A DNA stretch of 64,000 nt, taken from NCBI RefSeq assembly GCF_009914755.1, contig NC_060925.1; one strand, 5' to 3'. This document shows, piece by piece, positions 29,858-42,106 of this stretch (position 1 is the stretch's first letter; the number at the start of each line of letters is the position of its first letter). A program made the translations under genes and the position numbers. Origin of the DNA: the human T2T-CHM13v2.0 reference genome, Homo sapiens. The notes under the pieces are model-generated. The model was not told where the DNA came from, made no database searches, and saw only the letters and a list, made by a program, of their open reading frames with translations.

Positions 29858-31030
29858 TAAAGGCAATGCAGAGGGGGAAACTACAGACAAATGTATGGAT
29901 CAGTGCACAAAATTAATGTGGAACGTACGAAGAGGGGCTTTATCTTCCTAGGTAACTGCTGTTTTATTACTGCTATGACTGACTTACAGCTTTCACTTTG
30001 CTCACACATCAAAATGTAAAACTCTTAATCAGGCCTCTCGTCCTTATCTACATGTTAGCTGAGAAGCAGGTGATGGCAGTAAACTTTAATGACCAGAGGA
30101 AGTGTAATACTAATGCAGCCGTTTAAACCTCCCAATTTAATTAAAGTCTAGTTCCGCGCTTGCTGCTTGCCTGGAGAATAGTCAAAGGAGCACTTTTTTT
30201 TTTAAACCACTAACTCCACCCTCAGGCCAATCCCAAAGCAGCCTGCACTATATCCTCATTTCCTAAAATGGAAGCCGAATGTATGGAGAACAGGCCTTGG
30301 AGGGACACAGGTTCCTCAATTCCGGCCTCTGTGACAGGGAGGTCTCCCGCCCAGTTTCCTTTCCTTCAGAGTGAGGAAGAGTCTGTGTGCAGGGGCTGGA
30401 GCCTCTGGACACAAAAATAGAATATTCGAGCGTTTGGATTTTCCTTTCCTGACAGTGAACTTACTCAGGAAGAGGCATTTAAGCAAGATTTTTTTTCCTC
30501 TGTTTTTCAAAAAACACGTTTAATGGGAGGAACAAAACTGTTGAGAGAAGATTTTTCAGCCCCATCTTCTTTGGCCCCAAACAGGCCAAGGTGAGGCAGT
30601 CTTTTTCTTCCTTAATTGCCCTTTTTGCTTGCAATCACATTGCCCCCCCCCACATGCCTCCCCCCAGCATGCTTCTAGACGCCTTTGCAAGGCCCCCCAC
30701 CAAGTCTTCAAAGCACCACCATGTCTTTGATTGTTGGGCTCATAACTGAGACTTCCCACACAGTGGTATGAAGCGACATATGATTCAAGCATCCTCATTC
30801 CAGAAATATTATTAGTCTCAGGAAAAAAAAATAGGGGCCTGCTCTGTGTCTGTCACCTGAAATAAACTCCCTGTTCCTCTCCTACTGCTTCTCAGATACT
30901 CAATTCTAAAGATTATTCCAGCTTATTTTGCCACCCCCAAGGTTTCTAACCCCAGCCCCCCAGCTAGTGACTGAAGGAGAGAGAGGAGGAAAGGGGCCCT
31001 CTGAAGTTGGCCACCTCAGGGTATATGAAG

Positions 31031-31047
31031 CACGTGCTTGTCACGTG
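31031..31047. promoter_or_regulatory. Double canonical E-box with 5-bp spacer (ChoRE consensus)
   Basis: CACGTG-CTTGT-CACGTG. Confidence 0.6.
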
Positions 31048-31869
31048 GAGAAAAAATGTGCTGGGCTAACCTCTGAGACTCCCTAGAGAATCCAGAGTTT
31101 GTGTCTCTTTGCAGAGCTCAGAACAGCCTGTATGTTCTCCTCTCCCTGTTGTGCGCCTGGCGCTTCCCCAGTGAGATATCTCCTGCAAAAGCTTTTCCTG
31201 TAAGGGGTGGGGAGCTTTTGTTCTCTGGGAAATATGGTGAAGCTAATTAAGAGCATTGTCCTGTGAGGGGGGGAAGGCGGAGGGCTTTCCGAGACGGTGG
31301 TTTTCACCAGGGGTAAGTGAGGGCTGCTGAGATCTCTCTGTCCTGCTGGGTCAACCGTTTTAGGGGGAGATTGTGATGAAGCCCAATAACATAAAAATAG
31401 ATACGTGAAGTATAATCTCTCCCTCCCTCCCTCTCTCTTTCTCTCTCTCTTTTTTGGCATTTGAGTTTCCGGTACTAACTCACTTCAGAAAAGGACACTC
31501 CAACAATTTGGCTTTTAACTCCCACTGACCTGGCACAGACTGGAGGTCACAGGACTAATGCCTTATTCTATTTCACCCCAAACATGCAGGGGTGCTGCTA
31601 AAGTGAAATTTCCAGCAACTATATAGATTTAGCTGTGGGCTGTGCGTGTAGAAGTAGTTCAACAACTCTCAGTTCTTGACTTCCAAAACAGGAGTAGCAT
31701 ATTTTATGGCATTTGTAAGATACAGCACCACAAAGGTCTTAAAATATATAAGCTATGATTGTCCCCATAGTAGCAAACCCAATTAGGAGCAAACATGTTG
31801 AGGCAGCATTCTGTAAGGTGTGTCACTTATCTGGTTTGCTCTCTCTGGATTTAAAAATCTTTATGTATC

Positions 31870-32840
31870 AAATACTACAAATATTTATTGAGCACTGACC
31901 ACATGCTAGGTAGTGTTCTGGGTGCTTCAGATATATTCGTGGATGAAACAAACACAGATTCCTGCCCTTGTGGGGCTTACAGTCTAGCTGAGGAAGATAA
32001 AATAAAGAAAAATAAGTAGGTTATATAATATATTACAAGCTGACAAGTGCTTTCGGGGGAAACATAGATCAAAATAAGGGCAATTGGGAGAGTTGTGGTG
32101 AAGGAGGCAGGTTGCAATTCAATTAGGGTGGTCAGGGTAACCATGAGGTGGTCATTGAGGTGACAGTTGAAAAAGACTTGATGGAAGTGATGGAAAGCTG
32201 GGTGCAGTGGCTTGCACCTGTAATTGCAGCAACTCAGGAGACAGAAGTGGGAGGATCACTTGAGGCCGGGAGTTCAAGACCAGTCTGGGTAACATAGCAA
32301 GAGCCTGTTTCTAATAAACGAATGAACGAATGAATGAGTGAAGTGATGGAGTTCGCCATGTAGACATCTGTGGAGAAGAAACTTTTCCAAACGAGAGAAG
32401 AGCCAATGCAGAGGACTTGAGATGAAAATGTGCTTAGAGCAACAAGGAGGCTGCTATGGTTGGAGTAGGAGAGCATAGGAGGAGAGTGGAGAGAGGTGAC
32501 AGACTCCAGCTCAGCAGAGCCCCGTGTGCCATGGTAAGGACTTTGCCTTTGACTCTGAGCAAAAGAGGGAATCATGGGAGATTTTTTGAGCAAAGCAATG
32601 AAGGGATCTCATTTAAATTTTTACAGAACCATACTGGCTGCCTTGTAGAAAATAGACTGGGATAGTGTATCAGCAAAAGTGATTAATCCTAGGTATATAA
32701 ACATATATATTTTTTTCAGGATATATTTTGAAAGTAGAGCCAGCAAGATTTGCTGATAGATTAGATGTGGAATGCGAGAATAAGAGTTAAATCAAGGACA
32801 ACTGCAAAGCTTTTGGCCTGAGCAACCGAGAGGAAGGAAA
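31870..32840 (-). mobile_element. L2 fragment with an inserted plus-strand FLAM/Alu monomer (32197-32340)
   Basis: CAAATATTTATTGAGCAC L2 end; monomer flanked by GAAGTGATGGA duplication. Confidence 0.8.
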
Positions 32841-35800
32841 AAGCATCAGTGGAGAAAGGGAAGGGTGCACCAGGGTCACTTGGGGTGCATTTGATCCAAG
32901 TAACTTATCTATGGTTCTTATCCAAGTGTGTTGATCAGAATCATGTGGGACGCTTTCACAATTATACTTGCCCAAGATCCCAAAAGATTCTTCTTTAGTA
33001 AGTCTGGAGTAGGGGTCCAAAAATATATATTCAATGGAGAGCTGCTAAATTGTAAAATAATAGTTGGTGGAGTTCTGTGTTTAAAATTCTGGACTTTGTA
33101 ATGAAACAAGTGAAAGGAATTATAGATAACCCTCCCACTCTCTGGGATTAACTATACTTTAGGTCCTCCTTTCAAAATATCTTCCAAATGAACTATGCAT
33201 AACTTACTAAACAGTTAAAGCTGAAGCATACAAAAATGATGAATAATAGAAGAAAGCTGCCAGATTAATTTCCAGTCTCTTCCATTATGACATTGGTAAT
33301 ATTCATAGCCATTTATGGGACAATTCTGTCCTGAGTGTATTTAGGTTCCTTTGAAGCTAACCTAGTGTGGGCTATCTAAACATCAAGCCATTCACCATCC
33401 CTCCAGCAGTGAGCAGAGTGGGAGAGGCAAACCTTCAGTGTAAAATACACAGGAAGAGAAAAACAGTGTCTCCAGGAAGATTTGGGGGAATAGTTAAAAA
33501 GGGGAATGATGGTGTCTCCAACCCAAGCATTACTTAGAAACATTCATCTGTTGGTGAAGATTACTGATCCCAGTTTCCAGATTTAAAAACTGAGACTTGA
33601 GGCTAACCGAGTTCTTCTTATACCAACTAACAATACAATGGTAGGACTGAGCTTCAAAGTGACTAATCACTTTGGAGGCCAGCTTTTCTGGTTCCCAGGC
33701 TGTCAGCCCTTGCTTGTCAAATTGGTTCCACCAAAAGTTGGAATCCCTCGGTGAAAGGAAGGATTGCGTAATGAAGCAGCATTCCATGGGGACTTTCTAT
33801 TCTGTCTGACTCCTAACCAGATCTTTCTTTCATGCGGGATCATTTTCTCAAACTATTTATTTCTGTGCGGTGGTGGTGGGAACATTGACGACAAAATGGC
33901 ACCTTCTTACTCAATTTTGCTGCTCCCTGTGTGTCTGACTCACACCTGCTGACAGGAATGAGCCTCTCCGCTTCTTCCTTCCCCGGGGAGCTGGAGGTGG
34001 ATTTTAACTTGCCCTTGCCCTCCCCACCATCCTCATGAAGACTGTCAGCTTAGCTCTGATTTTAAAACAACAAAAAAGAGAAAGAAACAAAGCAACTCCA
34101 CAAACCTTTATTACTCAGCAGGTCACTAGAGGCAGAGAAAGAGCAGCTCAATTTTCCAGTCTCACATGGAGGCACCAATGCTGCCTGTGAAAGGCCAGCT
34201 TTGACTTGTAAAACAGCAGCTAAATTGTCCACAGAGGCTCTTATGCAAGCAGCAACAAGGGGCTCCCATTTCCGTGTTCAACCTTCAAGCAGAAAATATT
34301 TTTTACACTGGCAGGAACATCTATTTGAGGACATTTATTTGGGCAACATTTAGAATACTGGTCTTTTTGAAATCAAGTATTCAGTTGACCTGAAAAATAA
34401 TGCTCAGGTCCAATGAGAGTATAGGACAAAGTAATGTAATGTGCCACTCTTATTGCCAGTAGGCTGTGATTGTGAGTTGGTACTTTCTTTTCCCATTACT
34501 GACAATAGGCTGGTACTCATTTTTCATTTTCCCTTTCTGCCCCAGACTCTCTGGAGCACAGCTCTTTGCAAGACAGCTGTCCTAGGAGTAAAGGTTGTGT
34601 CACTATTTACAAAGAGTAAAGGTGTCTAGTTATATGTGGATTAAATCCCCGACTTTATCTTCCTTAACACCTTGTTCTATGATACCAAGACAGAAACCAT
34701 TTGGCACAGAGGTGCTGCCATAAAATCTGTTAGGATTTAGCTGATCTTTAAAAATCTCTTTCTTTGGAGGCAGGACTTGGGTCATTTTCGGACCATGTTG
34801 GAATATTTTACCTTTATTTGCACACTCATTAGATGGCCAGCGATTGTGCTTTTTCTTTCTTTTTTTTTTTTTTTTGGCCTCTCTTCTGGGGTTGCTTTGG
34901 GATATTGGGAAGGGGGCACAATGAAGAGCAAATTGCTCTGATTAATATTGTGTTTATAGTTGTCTATCAAGGTCATTTCCCTAGATGCCAGCCTTTCTTT
35001 GTGAAGACGGAAATACTGTGTCGGTGTCTGTCTAAACCTACAAGAGGAAGGAGGCCAATAAGGAAGACAAGCAGTAATAAGAGTAGGATGCACATTTATT
35101 TATTTACATATATATATATATATATATGGCAGGTTGGTGCTATAAATATGCCTGTTCCAGCTTTTCCTCCTACTCTGAAACTTCTCTTAAGTCACCTCAG
35201 TTCCCTCTTACATTGTGTCCTTGGAAACAAATCCAACGCTGTTATACAATTCTATTCTGTTTCTTTCTCTCCCCAGACCAAACAAACTAAGCATCTAGAG
35301 GCACTACTTCTATTATCAAAACTTGACTTTTAAATCCCAAGCTTGTGAAACTTGAACTAAGGCCTGGCTTCTGTAACTCTGGAAAAGGAAAGCACCTGCA
35401 GAACTTATCCCTGTCCTGGGGCAGGATGCGTGAGATTGCAGGTGTCTGCGACACTGGAAGAACTGAGGGCCCAGTCCTCTTAAATTACTGGAAAACAAGT
35501 TAAAACAGTTATCTTGATGTTTACTTGCTTTTAACAGTCATGTTTATATAAAGAAATATATAAACCTGCCAGTTTATATAAAGAAGACGTTACCTCAGTC
35601 ATGACGGCTTCAGGAACCTTGAGGTGTCCTGTTTGATTCAGACCTCCTTCCTCAAGGGAATATAATTCCCTGAGTGCTTGGGTAGAAATAGAATGACCTC
35701 ATTTTCCAAAAGCTCCAAGTGACCAGCAACCAAGGTGGTGTAATTTTTATGCAAGGTGCTTAGTGTAATAGATTTAATATTCACCTTTGGGTTAATGTTA

Positions 35801-35898
35801 AGAATTTTGGTTTAAGACACATTGATTTTATAAATAATGAGTAAATAACCATATGGGGATAAATGCTACAGTATCTGACTTTAGAAGTAATAACAGTA

Positions 35899-36208
35899 TG
35901 CTGGGCATGGTGGCTCAAGCCTGTAATCTCAGCACTTTGGGAGACTGAGTGGGAGGACAGATTGAGCCCAGGAATTTGAGACCAGCCTGGGCAACATAGG
36001 GAGACCCTGTCTTTACAAAAACTAAAAAAAAATTAGCAGGGCATGGTGGTGCATGCCTGTAGTCCCAGCTACTCAGGAGACTGAAGCAGGAGGATCATTT
36101 GAGCCCAGAAGGTCAAGGCTGCAGTGAGACATGATTGCATCACTGCATTCCAGCCTGGGCTACAGAGCAAGACCCTGCCTCAAAAAACAAACAAACAAAC
36201 AAAAAAAT
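35899..36208 (+). mobile_element. AluJ, followed by MIR (~36210-36450)
   Basis: Alu consensus; MIR core CATTTTGCAGATGAGAAAACTGAGGCTCA. Confidence 0.9.
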
Positions 36209-36458
36209 TAATAACAGCCAAGACTTATTGAATATTTGCTACATTCAAGGCACCATTCTAAATGCTTTACTTACCTTTTCTCATTGAATCCTCACAACAA
36301 GCCTATGAGATAGGCACCAATATAATCTCCATTTTGCAGATGAGAAAACTGAGGCTCAAATTTGCAAGTTGTCTAAGATCACAGTAACAGGATGTTGCAG
36401 ATCTTGGATTTGAAGCCAGGCAATCTTATTCTAGAGCCTGAATTCTTAACCAATTGTA

Positions 36459-37620
<1,162 letters not shown>

Positions 37621-38100
37621 TATTTGATTGCCACGGCCTCACATGCCTTGTAGCTTAAAGAGAGAAGAAAAATATGAACTATGATAGAAGGAGGGGTAGA
37701 AAAGCAGGAAACATTTAAGAGATATATTGACCTAAGGTACCCACCATCAAGACGTACATTTTTAGACAAATTGCCTGTTTTGTGTGAGACTCAAGAGCGT
37801 GGCTGAGAAAGTACTTTAACTTCATCCACAGTAGGTAGAAACATAGACAATATAGAGATTGATAGAGAAGAGCAGGTACCCCAGAGGAAAAGTTAGCAAG
37901 ACTTTATCTTATGGAGACTAAGGACAGCTTTCTAGCAGAAAATACAGAATCAGTTCATTAAGGCTGGATAGAAAGCTGGAGTGGGAAGGGAACAAAGGAG
38001 AGCCTGCTAAAAGTTGGCTGGGTCATGAGAGGCCACACATGCCGCACCAGGAAATCAGAGCTCCATCCTGAAGGATTTACACTTTATAAAGATCATTCTG

Positions 38101-38880
38101 GGCCAGATGCAGTGGCTCATGCTTGTAATCCCAGCATTTCGGGAGGCCAAGGCAGGAGGACCATTTGAGCCCAAGAGTTCGACACCAGCCTGGGCAACAT
38201 AACAAGACCCTGTCTCTGCAAAAAATAAAAGTTAAAAATTAGCCAAGTGTGATGTTGTGCACCTGTAGTTCCAGCTACTCAGGAGCTGAGGTGAGAGGAT
38301 TGTTTGACTCTGGGATCATGGCATGCAGTAAGCCATGATCACACCACTGCATTCAGCCTGGATGACAGAGCAAGACCCTATCTCAAGAAAAGATCACTCT
38401 GGCTGCAGGATGGAGAATGAATTCGGGAAGGACAAGACTGGAGGCAAGATCAGTTGGGAGATGCCTGTAGTAATTCTGGTTAGAGGAGATGGGGACTTGG
38501 TCTGGACAGTGGTAGTAAACATGGAAATAGTGGATGGATTCCAGGTATATTTAAGAGATATTATTGTCAAACTTGATTAGAAATGGGGTGGTGGCTCACA
38601 CCTGTAATTCCAGCACTTTGGGAGGCCGAGGTGGAAGGATCACCTGAGGCCAGGAGTTTCAGACCAGCTGGGGCAACGTAGCAAGAGACCCCATCGCCTA
38701 AAAAAAAAAAAAAATTGAAAATTAGTTGGGGGTAGTGGCATACACTCATAGTCCCAGGTACTCTGGAGGCTGAGGTGGGAGGATCATGTGAGCCCAGGAG
38801 GTCAAGACTGCAGTGAGCCATGATTATGCCACTGCACTCCACCCTAAGTGACAGAGAGACCCTATTTCAAAAAAAACCCA
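38101..38880 (+). mobile_element. Two AluJ (38101-38390; 38587-38880) within an L2
   Basis: Alu consensus; first flanked by AAAGATCA(T/C)TCTG. Confidence 0.9.
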
Positions 38881-39035
38881 AAAGGAATGGGGCACATATG
38901 AGGGAGAATAATTTAGGAAGGACACCCGCATTTTAGACGTAGGCAACTGGTTGTATGGAAACCCAAGAGAAAGAGCAGGTTAGGAGGCAAAAGCAGGTGA
39001 ATTTGGAGCAAGTGAGTTTGAAGCGCCTATAGGAC

Positions 39036-39345
39036 ATCCCCAACTTTTTTGGCACCAGGGACCAGTTTCGTTGGTGGGGTGGAGGGATGGTTTCCGGATG
39101 AAACTGTTCCACCTCACATCATCACACATTAGTTAGATTCTCATAAAGAGTGTGCAGCCTTCGCATGCGCACTTCACAATAGGGTGGATACTCCTATGAG
39201 AATCTAATTTCCTCACTAATCTGACAGAAGGTGGAGCTCAGGCAGTAACAGGGGCTCATGGTGCTGCTCACCTCCTGCTGTGCGCCCCAGTTCCTAACAG
39301 GCCACAAACCAGTACCAGTCCAAGGCCCAGGGGTTGGGGGCCCCA
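39036..39345. mobile_element. MER1-like hAT element within L2
   Basis: TCCCCAAC...GTTGGGG ends; TTAGATTCTCATA...TATGAGAATCTAA. Confidence 0.8.
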
Positions 39346-40541
39346 TATCTAAGTGGAAATGTCCAGGAGGTACGTCGATATGTACATATTTTAGGTATGT
39401 ACATATCTGAGGTATGTAAGCTCACAAGGGAGATCTAGGCCAGAATTATAAATAGGGGAGTCACAGGCAAATAGATGGTAATTTAGGCCAAAGGAATAGA
39501 TAATCCCACTCAGGGAAAGTGTGTAGATTGAGAAATGAAGATGCCCCAGTACAGAACACCAAGGGGAAAAGATGGCCAGTGGAAGAGAAGCACACAAAAA
39601 AAGCATAGCCAGAGAGGTAGAAAGAAAATCCAGCCAAGCAAAGAGAGCAGCTCAAGAGATGGTAAACAGTAGTGTCAAACATTGAGAGGTGAAGAAATAA
39701 ATGGAGTAAACAGTGTCCCTGGGATTTTGCAAAGGGAGTTTATCGGTGCCCTTGGTGATAGCAGATTGAGAGAAGTGTTGATGGCATAAGCTAAAATGTG
39801 GTGGGGGTGAGGAGTGAGTGGGAGGTAGGAAAGTAGTGACGCCAAGTGTAGACAGTTTCTGAAAACTGGCTGAAAAGGGGAAGAGAGAAAGAGCAGAGGC
39901 CATGGGAGGGTTTTTGTTTGTTTTGCATTTACTAAGCAAAGATTTGAGCATTTTAAATATTGAAATAATATCATAGGAGAGGGAAAGGTGGAGAAGGAAG
40001 AGAGAGGGAGAAATCAATAGGGCAAGATTCCTGAGAAAGTAAGAGTTTGAGATCCAAAGAACAGGCAGGGGCCTTAGCTGCAGAAAAGAGGAATGCTTCC
40101 ATAGTCTGGTGGGAGGCCAGGCTTTAGCATGTGGTGGGAAGTTGAAGTGGTTATCGTCGGTTGGCTTGTATTTCCCCTCTCAGTGGGTGTTGAGTCATTA
40201 GAATGATGGGGACATGGTTGATGTTCGTGGGTGGGAGGGATGGTTGAAGATTTCTGGAGAATGGAGAAGACGGGAAAATGCTGCTTTGGAGAAAGAAAGG
40301 GAACATGTTACAAGGGGCCCAGCTGGGTCTAGAGTAAAGTAGGAGGACTGCCTTCACTGTGACATAGACTTTCAGACAAATTCCCTGCTTTGTATGAGAC
40401 CTAGAATCTTGCCTGGGAAAGCACTTTATCCTACTCCACAACTAAGTTTGAAACATATGAAGACATGTCAGCTGTTTGTTGGGACATAGCCTAAAAAACA
40501 TTTCTTGAAATTAATATTAATTAATGATTCATTATAAGTGA

Positions 40542-40894
<353 letters not shown>

Positions 40895-41430
40895 TATCAT
40901 TTTTTCTTTAGATTCTATAGTCACTACATCGGTATAACTAGTATACGGAGGTAGAATTACTTGATAGTTAAAAGCACAGACTCTGGAGGTGGTCACCCTG
41001 AGGGTGGTCATCCTGGTTGGGCCACCTACCATCCATGTGATCAAAAGCAAGGTAACTGTTTACCTGTAAAATGGGCATGATAAGAACACTTACCTCATAG
41101 GGTTTTTAAAGGAGATGACATATTTGGTGTAATAATATTTTTTGATATATTAACTTTTAAGTTATTAACTAATTCTCTTTCTGGAACTGTTCTTTGTGGT
41201 ATATTCTTTGAAGTAAAATGGGGCAGAGCAGGTTGTGAAACTGGTGAGAAAAAAAAAAAGCAAAAGGAGTCTTCCTAATTTGAGAACCCCTAAACCAATT
41301 AAGAAAAGGATATCAGGGGATATACTTTAAGCCATTAGCAAGGGAGGAATTGTCTCTGAGACAACCGACGGTCCCTGAAGAGTAGAAAAGACTCCCTCCT
41401 TTCTGGAGAGAAAAGAAAGAAGCTGAGAGA

Positions 41431-41432
<2 letters not shown>

Positions 41433-41474
<42 letters not shown>

Positions 41475-41479
41475 TGTGT
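41433..41479. repeat. (TG)n microsatellite
   Basis: Direct reading. Confidence 0.97.
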
Positions 41480-41557
41480 CTGAGTCACTGGAGAGAAGTC
41501 CAGACTTAATCAGAACCAAGCCTGTAAGAATGAGGGACAGCTCAGCAAAGGGGACAT

Positions 41558-42106
41558 TCTATTAGTTATCTATTTCTCTGTAACAATTTACCCCAAACCT
41601 TAGTAGTCAAAGAAAACAAACATTTACTATATCACAGTTTCAGGGGTGAGGAGTCAAAAAGGGGCTTAAGTGAGTATTTGTGGCTCTGAGCCTCTCATGA
41701 GATTGCAGTCAAGCCACTAGCTGGGTTGCAGTCATCTACAGGCTTGATTGGAGCTGTAGGACCTGCTTCAAGCTCACTTACATGGCTATTAGCAGGAGGC
41801 TTCAATTTCTCACCGCATGGGCCTCTCCATAGGGATGTTCAAGACATAGTGTCTGACTTTCCTTATAGTGAGTGATCTAAGAGAGAGAAGAGGAGAGGAA
41901 AGACAAGGAGAGAAAAGAGAAAGAGACCCAGATGGAAGCAACAGTATCTTTTATTACTTAATCTTAGATGTCATACCATCATTTCTGCTACATTCTTCTG
42001 TCTTATTATATAACCATCTCCGGTACAATATGGAAGGGGTTTGCATGAGAATGAGAATACTGGGAGATGGTGATCATTGGGAATTATTTCAGAGGCTGGC
42101 TGTCAC
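41558..42106 (-). mobile_element. MLT1 (MaLR) solo LTR, old subfamily
   Basis: TATTAGTTATCTATT...TAACAATTTACCCCAAA and ATGGGCCTCTCCATAGGG motifs. Confidence 0.7.
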
